A stretch of 15,994 bases of DNA from Candidatus Rokuibacteriota bacterium (lineage in GTDB: Bacteria > Methylomirabilota > Methylomirabilia > Rokubacteriales > CSP1-6): contig JACQWA010000004.1 of the NCBI GenBank assembly GCA_016209425.1, forward strand, positions 1 to 15,994. Direction: 5' to 3'. The notes below the pieces were generated by a model. It worked only from the letters and a program-made list of their open reading frames with translations, was not told the DNA's origin and searched no databases. Made by a program: the position numbers and the translations under genes. Every line of letters begins with the position of its first letter. The first letter of the stretch is position 1. Positions 8,747-15,994 of the stretch are shown piece after piece.

Positions 8747-10288
8747 TCACTCCCACTCGATGGTGCTCGGAGGTTTGGAAGAAATGTCGAAGACGACGCG
8801 GTTGATCCCTTTGACCTCGTTGATGATCCGGTTCGAGATCCTCCCCAGCAGCTCGTAGGGGAGCCGCGCCCAGTCCGCGGTCATCGCATCTTGACTCATG
8901 ACCGCGCGCAATGCGATCACCTGGGCGTACGTGCGGAAGTCGCCCATGACCCCGACGGTTTTGACCGGGAGGAGCACCGCGAAGGCCTGCCAGAGCTCCC
9001 GTTCCAGCCCGGCTTGCTTCACCTCTTCCTGGACGATGGCGTCGGCTTCCCGAAGCAGGTCGAGCCGTTCATCGCTCACCTCGCCCAGGATCCGGATGGC
9101 CAGTCCCGGCCCGGGGAACGGCTGGCGCCAAACGATCTCCGGCGGGAGCCTCAGGAGCTCGCCGAGCTGGCGCACCTCGTCTTTAAAGAGCTCGCGGAGC
9201 GGCTCGAGGAGCTTGAACGGCATCGTGGTCGGGAGGCCACCCACGTTGTGGTGGGTCTTGATCGTGGCCGAGGGCCCCCGGAAGGACACCGACTCGATGA
9301 CGTCGGGATAGAGGGTGCCCTGCGCGAGCCAGGGGATCTCGCCGAGCCGGCGCGCTTCCTCTTCGAACACGGCGATGAACTCGGCCCCGATGCGCTTGCG
9401 CTTCAGTTCGGGGTCGGCGACGCCGCCGAGCTGTTGGAGGAAACGTTTTGACGCGTCGACGTGCACCAGATTGATCTTGAAGTGGTCCCGGAAGGTGAGA
9501 ACCACGGCGGCGGCCTCCCCCTAGCGAAGCAATCCGTTGTCCACGAAGACGCAGGTGAGCTGGTCGCCGACCGCCCGGTGGACGAGCACCGCCACCACGG
9601 CGGAGTCAACGCCCCCGGAGAGGGCGCACAGGACGCGGTCGCTTCCCACCGGCTTCCGGATCTCCTGCACGGCCGCATCGATAAACGAGGCCATGGACCA
9701 GGTGGGATTGGCCTCGCACAGGGCCAGGAAGTTCTGGAGGATCGTCTTTCCCTGCGGGGTGTGGACCACTTCGGGATGAAAGTGGACCGCGTACAGGCGC
9801 CGGGTCGCGTCCGCCATGGCGGCCACCGGACAGTTTTCCGTGGCGCCGATCGTGACGAAGCCCTTGGGGGGTCGCAGGACGGTGTCGCCGTGGCTCATCC
9901 AGACCGTGATTCGGTTGCCGCGCTCGGGCCTCACGCCGTCGAACAGCCCCTCGCTCCCCTCCAGCCGGAGCTCGGCCGCGCCGTACTCCCGCCGCTCGGC
10001 GGGGATCACGTGACCGCCGAGGAGGTAGGCCATGGCCTGCATCCCGTAGCAGATGCCCAAGATGGGGATGCCCGCCTCGAAGAGCTTCCGCGGCGGGAGC
10101 GGGGCACCGTCCTCGTAGACGCTGGAGGGCCCGCCGGAGAGCACGATCCCCTTGTACCCGCCCCGGAGGATCTCCTCCATGGGGTGCAGGCAGGAGAAGA
10201 TCTCGGAGTACACGGAGAGCTCGCGGATGCGGCGGGCGATCAGCTGGGTGTATTGCGAGCCGAAGTCGAGGACGGCGATCTTATCCAT
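8747..10288 (-). pseudogene. guaA: GMP synthase (glutamine-hydrolysing) interrupted by a single in-frame TAG (plus-strand cta at 9521-9523). Fragments: GATase plus N-half of the ATP-PPase (10288..9524) and C-half (9505..8750, ending TIEWE)
   Basis: End-to-end colinear with E. coli GuaA (MDKIAVLDFGSQYTQL, GICYGMQ, SGGVDSAV, CVFVDNGLLR | x [21 protein letters not shown] ... KPPSTIEWE). Both pieces share one reading frame (all codon tops are congruent to 1 mod 3), so this is a point stop, not a frameshift. The TAG falls where E. coli has Leu (LLR-L-NEAEQ). Confidence 0.8.
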
Positions 10289-10387
10289 CACCGCCAAGCC
10301 TCGCCGGCGGAGAGCCCCCGGCGAACAGGACACCATGCCCGAGGGGGTCCCCACCCACGCCTTCGGCGTGGGGCCCACCCCCTCCCG

Positions 10388-11551
10388 TCATGACTTGGGC
10401 GTTCCCAGCTTCTGGGCGCGCTGGAAGACCTTCCCTTCCGTCTTGATGGCCGGGGCGATGATGAGCTCCGTGAGCTGGAGCTCGCGAATGTTCCGGGCCC
10501 CCACCGATCCCATGCACGTCCGGACGGCACCCACGAGGTTCTGAGTGCCGTCATCGGTGAACGCGGGGCCCAGGAGAATCTGCTCCAGCGGGCCAGTCAC
10601 CCCCACGCGGATACGCGTCCCGCGCGGCAGGTTCTGGTGGGGAGTGGCCATGCCCCAGTGGTAGCCGCGGCCGGGGGCCTCCTCGGCGCGGGCGAACGCG
10701 GACCCGATCATCACGGCGTCGGCCCCCGCGGCCAGTGCCTTGCAGATGTCGCCCCCCGTGGTCATCCCGCCGTCGGTGATGATCGGGATGTAGCGACTCG
10801 TCTGCTTGTAGTGGAAATCCCGGGCCGCGGCCGAGTCCGTGGTGGCGGTCACCTGGGGCACGCCCAACCCGAGGACCTCGCGGCTCGTGCACGCGGCGCC
10901 CGGGCCGACGCCGATGAGCAAGGCGTCGACGCCGCACTGCATCAGTTCCAGGCAGGCTTCGTAGGTCACGCAGTTGCCGACGATCAGGGGGATCGAGAGG
11001 TTTTTCTTCAGCTTGGTGAAGTCGAGCGGGGTGTACTCGGTGGCGATGTGCCGGGCGGTCGTGACGGTGGACTGGACCATGAAGATGTCGGCGCCCGCCT
11101 CCTCGGCGATCTTTGCGAAGCGCTCGGCGCGCTGGGGGATGGAGGAGACCACCGCCGGACCACCGCCCTTCTTGATTTCGCTGATCCGCTTGTGGATCAG
11201 CTCTTCCTTGATGGGCTCGCCGTAGATCGACTGGATGATCCGCGTCGCCTCGTCGAGGCTGGCCGAGACGATTCGATCCAACACCTCGTCGGGCTCCTCG
11301 TACCGGGTCTGGATGCCCTCCAGGTTCAGCACCGCCAGGCCGCCGAGCCGCCCCATCTCGATGGCGAGCCGTGGCCCGACCACGCCGTCCATGGCCGCGG
11401 CAATGATCGGGATGTCGAAGCGCCGGCCGCCGAGCTCCCACGAGATGTCCACTTCGTTCGGGTTGACGGTGACCGCTCCCGGCACCAAGGCGATGTCGTC
11501 GAAGCCGTATGCGATCCTGGCTTTGCGTCCGCGGCCGATCCACATGCCCAT
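10388..11551 (-). CDS. IMP dehydrogenase-family protein lacking the CBS (Bateman) subdomain, 387 aa (GuaB3-like / CBS-less IMPDH)
   Basis: FDDIALVPG start region, IMPDH catalytic Cys loop [13 protein letters not shown], and TIM-barrel phosphate-binding region ([27 protein letters not shown]). Only about 387 aa, with no roughly 120-aa CBS pair between the first barrel elements. ATG 11551 is preceded by AAGGAGGA (9-nt spacer). It sits immediately upstream of guaA (99-nt gap). Confidence 0.85.
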   Translation of the reverse strand: MGMWIGRGRKARIAYGFDDIALVPGAVTVNPNEVDISWELGGRRFDIPIIAAAMDGVVGPRLAIEMGRLGGLAVLNLEGIQTRYEEPDEVLDRIVSASLDEATRIIQSIYGEPIKEELIHKRISEIKKGGGPAVVSSIPQRAERFAKIAEEAGADIFMVQSTVTTARHIATEYTPLDFTKLKKNLSIPLIVGNCVTYEACLELMQCGVDALLIGVGPGAACTSREVLGLGVPQVTATTDSAAARDFHYKQTSRYIPIITDGGMTTGGDICKALAAGADAVMIGSAFARAEEAPGRGYHWGMATPHQNLPRGTRIRVGVTGPLEQILLGPAFTDDGTQNLVGAVRTCMGSVGARNIRELQLTELIIAPAIKTEGKVFQRAQKLGTPKS

Positions 11552-11611
11552 GTTCGCGCGTCCTCCTTGGCGAGCCGACACCCCGTATATAGGAAGCCCG
11601 CTTTCGGACCC

Positions 11612-11656
11612 TACTATATTTGGGGTAGTGTACCGGTCCGGCCCCTCCCCTGTCAA
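11612..11656 (-). promoter_or_regulatory. Candidate sigma70-type promoter for the IMPDH-like/guaA operon: -35 TTGACA (11651-11656, overlapping the coaX TGA stop), 18-nt spacer, -10 TACACT (11627-11632). A second TATAGT lies at 11613-11618
   Basis: The minus-strand reading is gttcTTGACAggggaggggccggaccggTACACTaccccaaaTATAGTagg. It lies in the only AT-enriched patch of the 100-nt coaX to IMPDH-like intergenic region. Confidence 0.4.
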
Positions 11657-12429
11657 GAACCCTGGGGGTGGCTCTGCTCCCAGATCAGGCGGAGCCCTTC
11701 CAGCCTGAGGTCGGGGTTCACGTGCTGGACGGTTCGGGTGGCTTCCTGGATCAGGCCGGCGAGGCCCCCGGTGGCGATCACCTTCGGATCGCCGTCCATC
11801 TCGGCCCGAATCCGTTCGACGAGGCCGTCGACGAGCCCCGCGTAGCCGTAGACCAGGCCGGACTGGATATTGGTGGTCGTGTTGCGGCCGATGGCCTCCT
11901 TCGGGCGCACGATCTCCACCCGGTAGAGGCGCGCCGCCCTGGAGATCAGCGCCTCCGCGGCCACGGTGATCCCGGGGGCGATGGCCCCCCCGATGAACTC
12001 CCCGCGGGAGTTCACGCAGTCGAAGGTTGTCGCGGTGCCGAAGTCGATCACGATGAGCGGCGGGCCGTAGAATTCCACGGCGGCCACGGCATTGACGACG
12101 CGGTCGGATCCCACCTCGCGCGGGTTGTCCACGCGCAGGGGCATCTTCACGTTGACCCCCGGCTCCACGGTGAAGGGATGGATCCCGAAGTATTTCTCGC
12201 ACATCCACTCGAGCGTCTGCTGGACGGGCGGGACGACGTTGGAGATGGCCACGGCGGTGATCTGGCTGCGCTCGATTCCACGGCTCGCCAGGAGGGTCTG
12301 GATGAAGACGCCGTACTCGTCGGCGGTCTGCTCGCGTCGGCTCGCCAGGCGCCAGGAGACCAGCAGGCGGCGGCCGTCGAAGACCCCGAGCCCCGTGTTG
12401 GTGTTGCCGACGTCAACGACGAGGAGCAT
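11653..12429 (-). CDS. coaX: Type III pantothenate kinase, 258 aa
   Basis: MLLVVDVGNTNTGLGVF N-terminus, the acetate/sugar-kinase fold motifs (IDFGTATTFD, GGAIAPG) and C-terminal ATGGLA are typical of CoaX. The ATG overlaps the birA stop by 17 nt. TGA stop. Confidence 0.9.
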   Translation of the reverse strand: MLLVVDVGNTNTGLGVFDGRRLLVSWRLASRREQTADEYGVFIQTLLASRGIERSQITAVAISNVVPPVQQTLEWMCEKYFGIHPFTVEPGVNVKMPLRVDNPREVGSDRVVNAVAAVEFYGPPLIVIDFGTATTFDCVNSRGEFIGGAIAPGITVAAEALISRAARLYRVEIVRPKEAIGRNTTTNIQSGLVYGYAGLVDGLVERIRAEMDGDPKVIATGGLAGLIQEATRTVQHVNPDLRLEGLRLIWEQSHPQGS

Positions 12430-13174
12430 AGAAATCCCCGGCGTGGAGCCGGACGAGGGCGCCCGAATCCGTCTTCACCACCAGCGCGCCATCGTCGGCG
12501 AGGTCCACGGCGACTCCCGCGACGCCGCCATCGCCGTCGATCCGCCGGCCGAGGGTTTCCGCCCGGTGACGCCACGCCTCACGCACCGGTTGGAAGCCGT
12601 CCGCTACCCACCAGCGGTACCAGGCTTCCAGGCGCTCGAGCAGCAGTCTCAGCACCCGCGCTCGGTCGAAGGGATGCCCCGCCTCCATGGCCAGCGACGT
12701 GGCGCGGCCGCCAAGCTCCCCCGAAAAGTGCGTCTGGTTGACGTTGATGCCGATGCCGAGGATGACCACGCCTGGGGCGCCCTTCGTCAGGCAGGACTCG
12801 GCCAAGATGCCCGCCACCTTGCGACCACGGATCAGCAGATCGTTGGGCCAGGAGAGGGTCACCGGCAATTCTGACTCCCCCGCCAGGGCGTCGGCCACCG
12901 CGACCCCGGCCAGGAGCGAGATCTGAGGGAGGCGGGACGCGTCGAGAGCGGGGCGGAGAATGATCGAGATCAGGAGGGAGGCGGCCGGCTCATCCACCCA
13001 ACTCCGGCCGAGGCGCCCGCGGCCGCGGGTCTGGTGCTCCGCCCAGACGACCGTCCCCTCCGGGACGCCCTCGTCCGCCAGCCGTCGGGCCTCATTCTGG
13101 GTCGAATCGACTTCGCCCAGCCGGTGCACCGCGCGGCCGGCCCACGCCCCCCGAACGTCAGCCGCTTGCGTCAT
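12413..13174 (-). CDS. birA: Biotin-[acetyl-CoA-carboxylase] ligase, class I (no N-terminal HTH), 253 aa
   Basis: GRGRLGRSW (the GRGRxGRxW biotin-binding loop) and ILGIGINVN are canonical BirA motifs. There is no DNA-binding N-terminal domain. The ATG overlaps the valS stop by 17 nt. The birA-coaX adjacency is a common conserved pairing. Confidence 0.85.
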   Translation of the reverse strand: MTQAADVRGAWAGRAVHRLGEVDSTQNEARRLADEGVPEGTVVWAEHQTRGRGRLGRSWVDEPAASLLISIILRPALDASRLPQISLLAGVAVADALAGESELPVTLSWPNDLLIRGRKVAGILAESCLTKGAPGVVILGIGINVNQTHFSGELGGRATSLAMEAGHPFDRARVLRLLLERLEAWYRWWVADGFQPVREAWRHRAETLGRRIDGDGGVAGVAVDLADDGALVVKTDSGALVRLHAGDFYAPRR

Positions 13175-15809
13175 CGATGAGCCCGAGGCTCTCCTGGAGC
13201 TTCGCGCGAATGGCCTGCTGCTCCAGGAGCCGTGCCTCTTCCCGCTCCACCACGTCCGGGGGGGCTTTGGCCTTGAACTGCGTGTTCGTCAGCTTGGCCG
13301 CGAGGAACGCGAGGTGGTCGTCGACCTTCCTGATCTCTTTGACCAGGCGCCGGCGCTCGGCCGCGAGATCGACCAGCCCTTCGAGCGGAACGAAACATTC
13401 CACCCCCTCGGCGATCGCCATCGCCGAGGCCGGGGGGCGTGCGGCCTGGAGGTCCACGGTCAGGGTACAGCGAGCCAAGCTCTGGATGAGTAAGGCATGG
13501 GCCGTGATCACGTCCGCGGCACCGGGGGTCGCGGGCCGGAGCAGCGCCCGCAGGGTGGCCGACGGGGGGATTCGCATCTCGCCGCGGATGTTGCGGATGG
13601 CGGTGACCACTGCGATGAGCACCGCCATCTCGCGCTGGGCCGCCGGATCCAGGTCTCCCCGGCGCACCTTCGGAAACGGAGACAGCATGATGCTCGAGCC
13701 CGCGTGCCGGCCCCCCCCGCGAAGCGCGGGGAGCCGCTGCCAGATCTCTTCGGTGATGAACGGCATGAAGGGGTGGAGGAGCCGGAGCGTCGCCTCGAGG
13801 ACCTCCGCGAGGGTCTTCTGGGTCCGCGCCCTCGCCGCGGGGTTCTCGCTCCGGTAGAGGCTCAGCTTCGCGCACTCCAGGTACCAGTCGCAGAACTCGT
13901 GCCAGAGAAACTGGTAGAGGGCGCCCGCCGCGTCGCTGAACCGGTAGGCGGTGAGCGCCTTCCGGACCTTGCCGATCGTGCCGGCCAGGCGGCTCAGGAT
14001 CCATCGGTCGATCAGCCCGGGGGCGGTCCCCTCGGCGAGGGCGGCGTCGTAGTCCTCGAGATTCGTCAGGACGAACCGCGCCGCGTTCCAGAGCTTGTTG
14101 GCGAAGTTCCGGTAGGCCTCCACGCGCTCCTCGCCGAAGCGGATGTCCCGCCCCTGCCCCACCAGCGCCGCCAGGGTGAATCGGAGGGCGTCGGTCCCGT
14201 ACTTGTCCATGAGGTCCAGGGGATCGATGATGTTCCCCTTGACCTTGGACATCTTCTGGCCCTCGGGATCGCGGATGAGCCCGTGGAGGTAGACGTCCCG
14301 GAACGGGATGTCCCCGGCGCACTTGATCCCGAGCATGATCATGCGGGCGACCCAGAAGAAGAGGATGTCGAAGGCGGTGACGAGGCAGGAGGTGGGATAG
14401 AAGGTCCGGAGGTCCGCGGTGTCCTTCGGCCACCCGAGCGTCGAGAAGGGCCAGAGGCCAGACGAGAACCAGGTATCCAGGACGTCGGCGTCCTGGCGGA
14501 GAGGTCCCCCGCACGTCGGGCATCGGTCGAGGTCGGTGCGCGAGACGTGGATCGAGCCGTCCCTGTCGCAGTACCAGGCCGGGATCCGGTGCCCCCACCA
14601 GAGTTGGCGGGAGATCGGCCAGTCGCGGATGTTCTCCATCCAGTGATAATAGGTCTTGGCCCAGCCCCGCGGGATGATCTTGATCTTCCCCGACCGCACC
14701 GCCTTGATCGCCGGCTCGGCCAGGGGCTTGGTCCTGACAAACCACTGCGTGGAGACCAGGGGTTCGACGACGGTCTTGCAGCGGTAACAGACCCCGAGGC
14801 TGTGGCGGTAGGGCTCAATCTTCTCGACGAGGCCCAGGCGCTGCATATCCTCCACGATGTGGCTGCGGCACTCGAAGCGGTCCAGGCCCGCGTACTTTCC
14901 GGCCCGTGCGTTCATCTTGGCGTCGAAGCCGATGACCTGCCGCGTCTCCAGGCCGTGGCGCCGGCCGATCTCGAAATCGGCCGGGTCGTGGGCCGGAGTC
15001 ACCTTGACGACGCCGGTCCCGAACTTGGGGTCGACGGCCTCGTCGGCGATCACCTTGATCCGGATCGTCCCCTCGACGGAGGGGATCTCCAGGGTCTGCC
15101 CGACGTAGCGGGCGTAGCGGCGGTCGCGGGGGTGCACCGCCAGGGCCGTGTCGCCGAGCTTGGTCTCCGGGCGGACCGTGGCCAGGGTGAGCGGGCCGTA
15201 CTTGATGTAGAAGAGCCGGGCATCCCGCTCCTCGTGCTCCACCTCCAGGTCCGAGAGCCCCGTCTGGCAGCGCGGGCACCAGTTGACCATGTAGTCGCCC
15301 CGGTAGAGGAGCCCCTCCTCCCAGAGCCGGACGAAGACTTCCCTGACGGCTTCCGACAACCCGGGATCCATGGTGAAGCGCGTCCGCTCCCAGTCACAGG
15401 ACGCCCCAAGGCGCTGGAGCTGGCGGAGGATCGTGCCCCCCGCTTCCTCCTTCCACTTCCAGAGGCGCGCGATGAAGGCCTCCCGCCCCAGGTCCTCCTT
15501 GGTTTTCCCCTCGGCGGCGAGCTGGCGCTCCACCACGTACTGGGTCGCGATGCCGGCATGGTCGGTGCCGGGAACCCAGAGGGCGTTGAAGCCGTCCATG
15601 CGCTTCCAGCGGATCAGGATGTCCTGGATGGTGTTGTCGAGGGCGTGGCCCATGTGGAGCGAGCCGGTGACGTTGGGGGGCGGGATCACGATGCAGTAGG
15701 GCGGCTTGGGCGAGGCCGGGTCGGCGCGGAAGTAGCCGCGCTCCTGCCAGTGACGGTACCAGCGCTCCTCGACCTGCTTCGGGTCGTACCGGTCCCCGAT
15801 CTGCGTCAT
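13158..15809 (-). CDS. valS: Valyl-tRNA synthetase, 883 aa
   Basis: PPPNVTGSLHMGHAL (HIGH motif), KMSKVKGN (KMSKS motif), editing domain and C-terminal coiled coil are all present. The length is typical of ValS. ATG at 15807-15809, TGA stop. Confidence 0.95.
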   Translation of the reverse strand: MTQIGDRYDPKQVEERWYRHWQERGYFRADPASPKPPYCIVIPPPNVTGSLHMGHALDNTIQDILIRWKRMDGFNALWVPGTDHAGIATQYVVERQLAAEGKTKEDLGREAFIARLWKWKEEAGGTILRQLQRLGASCDWERTRFTMDPGLSEAVREVFVRLWEEGLLYRGDYMVNWCPRCQTGLSDLEVEHEERDARLFYIKYGPLTLATVRPETKLGDTALAVHPRDRRYARYVGQTLEIPSVEGTIRIKVIADEAVDPKFGTGVVKVTPAHDPADFEIGRRHGLETRQVIGFDAKMNARAGKYAGLDRFECRSHIVEDMQRLGLVEKIEPYRHSLGVCYRCKTVVEPLVSTQWFVRTKPLAEPAIKAVRSGKIKIIPRGWAKTYYHWMENIRDWPISRQLWWGHRIPAWYCDRDGSIHVSRTDLDRCPTCGGPLRQDADVLDTWFSSGLWPFSTLGWPKDTADLRTFYPTSCLVTAFDILFFWVARMIMLGIKCAGDIPFRDVYLHGLIRDPEGQKMSKVKGNIIDPLDLMDKYGTDALRFTLAALVGQGRDIRFGEERVEAYRNFANKLWNAARFVLTNLEDYDAALAEGTAPGLIDRWILSRLAGTIGKVRKALTAYRFSDAAGALYQFLWHEFCDWYLECAKLSLYRSENPAARARTQKTLAEVLEATLRLLHPFMPFITEEIWQRLPALRGGGRHAGSSIMLSPFPKVRRGDLDPAAQREMAVLIAVVTAIRNIRGEMRIPPSATLRALLRPATPGAADVITAHALLIQSLARCTLTVDLQAARPPASAMAIAEGVECFVPLEGLVDLAAERRRLVKEIRKVDDHLAFLAAKLTNTQFKAKAPPDVVEREEARLLEQQAIRAKLQESLGLIDDASG

Positions 15810-15920
15810 CAGCCTATTCTAGCCCCAATGCGATCGCGCCTGGCGAGGAACGAGGGGCCCGCACCTGCCGCCGCGGGTCCTGTCGCCGGGCGCTCCCGGA
15901 CTCGCGGGCTCCGTCACCCG

Positions 15921-15963
15921 TTCAGCCCCTTGCGCAGTACCACCCCTGCGCAAGGAGGCTGAA
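15921..15963 (-). promoter_or_regulatory. Strong hairpin in the valS 5' leader (two imperfectly complementary 17- to 19-nt arms flanking a 7-nt loop), with a T-box-like core motif GGGGTGGTACTGCG (plus 15933-15946)
   Basis: Minus-strand RNA reads cuucagccuccuugcgcag-GGGUGGU-acugcgcaaggggcugaa, about 110 nt upstream of the valS ATG. The arms pair on both sides of a small internal loop and the loop is GGGUGGU. GGGUGGUACUGCG matches the T-box consensus GGGUGGNACCGCG at 12 of 13 positions. Any upstream Stem I or specifier loop would lie outside the window. Confidence 0.35.
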
Positions 15964-15994
15964 GGGGTCCCACTCCGCCCGCTCGCTCGGGAGC

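Noticed and set aside
8747-10288. guaA as a natural two-subunit GMP synthase (archaeal style)
   Set aside because: Archaeal split GMP synthases separate the GATase from the ATP-PPase subunit. Here the break lies inside the PPase domain, after the VFVDNGLLR block, and both parts are in one frame with a single TAG. This looks like an interruption rather than a canonical subunit boundary. It is kept as a finding because of the SD-GTG signal.
13497-15962. 821-aa plus-strand ORF, and other long plus-strand ORFs at 3503-4906, 5177-6223, 6242-7396, 9461-10393, 10637-11845 and 11668-12741
   Set aside because: They are all antisense to well-supported housekeeping genes (valS, dnaE, guaA, IMPDH-like, coaX/birA). 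The translations are low-complexity and Arg/Gly/Pro/Asp-rich, typical of shadow ORFs in high-GC DNA, and have no recognisable motifs.

Overview
High-GC (~68%) bacterial chromosomal window. Every gene checked ends in a TGA stop. Positions 2494-15809 are one tightly packed minus-strand housekeeping string in the order valS - birA - coaX - [promoter] - CBS-less IMPDH-family gene - guaA - SPFH/prohibitin-like - dnaE - accA. Three adjacent junctions (valS/birA, birA/coaX, dnaE/accA) each show a 17-nt ATG...TGA overlap. Two anomalies stand out in this core. (1) dnaE (1449 aa) carries a 284-aa intein inserted in the GFNK|SHG motif, with canonical blocks A, B, F and G and a single degenerate LAGLIDADG-like motif. 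(2) guaA is interrupted by one in-frame TAG amber codon, with no frameshift, and a GGGGAGG-GTG restart signal lies immediately after it. The first 2.4 kb is an accessory-looking plus-strand block: a MazF/PemK toxin with the 3' tip of an upstream ORF, a small signal-peptide ORF with atypically low GC3, an NTF2/SnoaL-like protein, and a secreted M23 peptidase preceded by a ~400-nt low-GC non-coding stretch. The valS leader at the window edge contains a strong hairpin whose loop matches the T-box core motif. Long plus-strand ORFs antisense to the housekeeping genes are GC-rich shadow ORFs.
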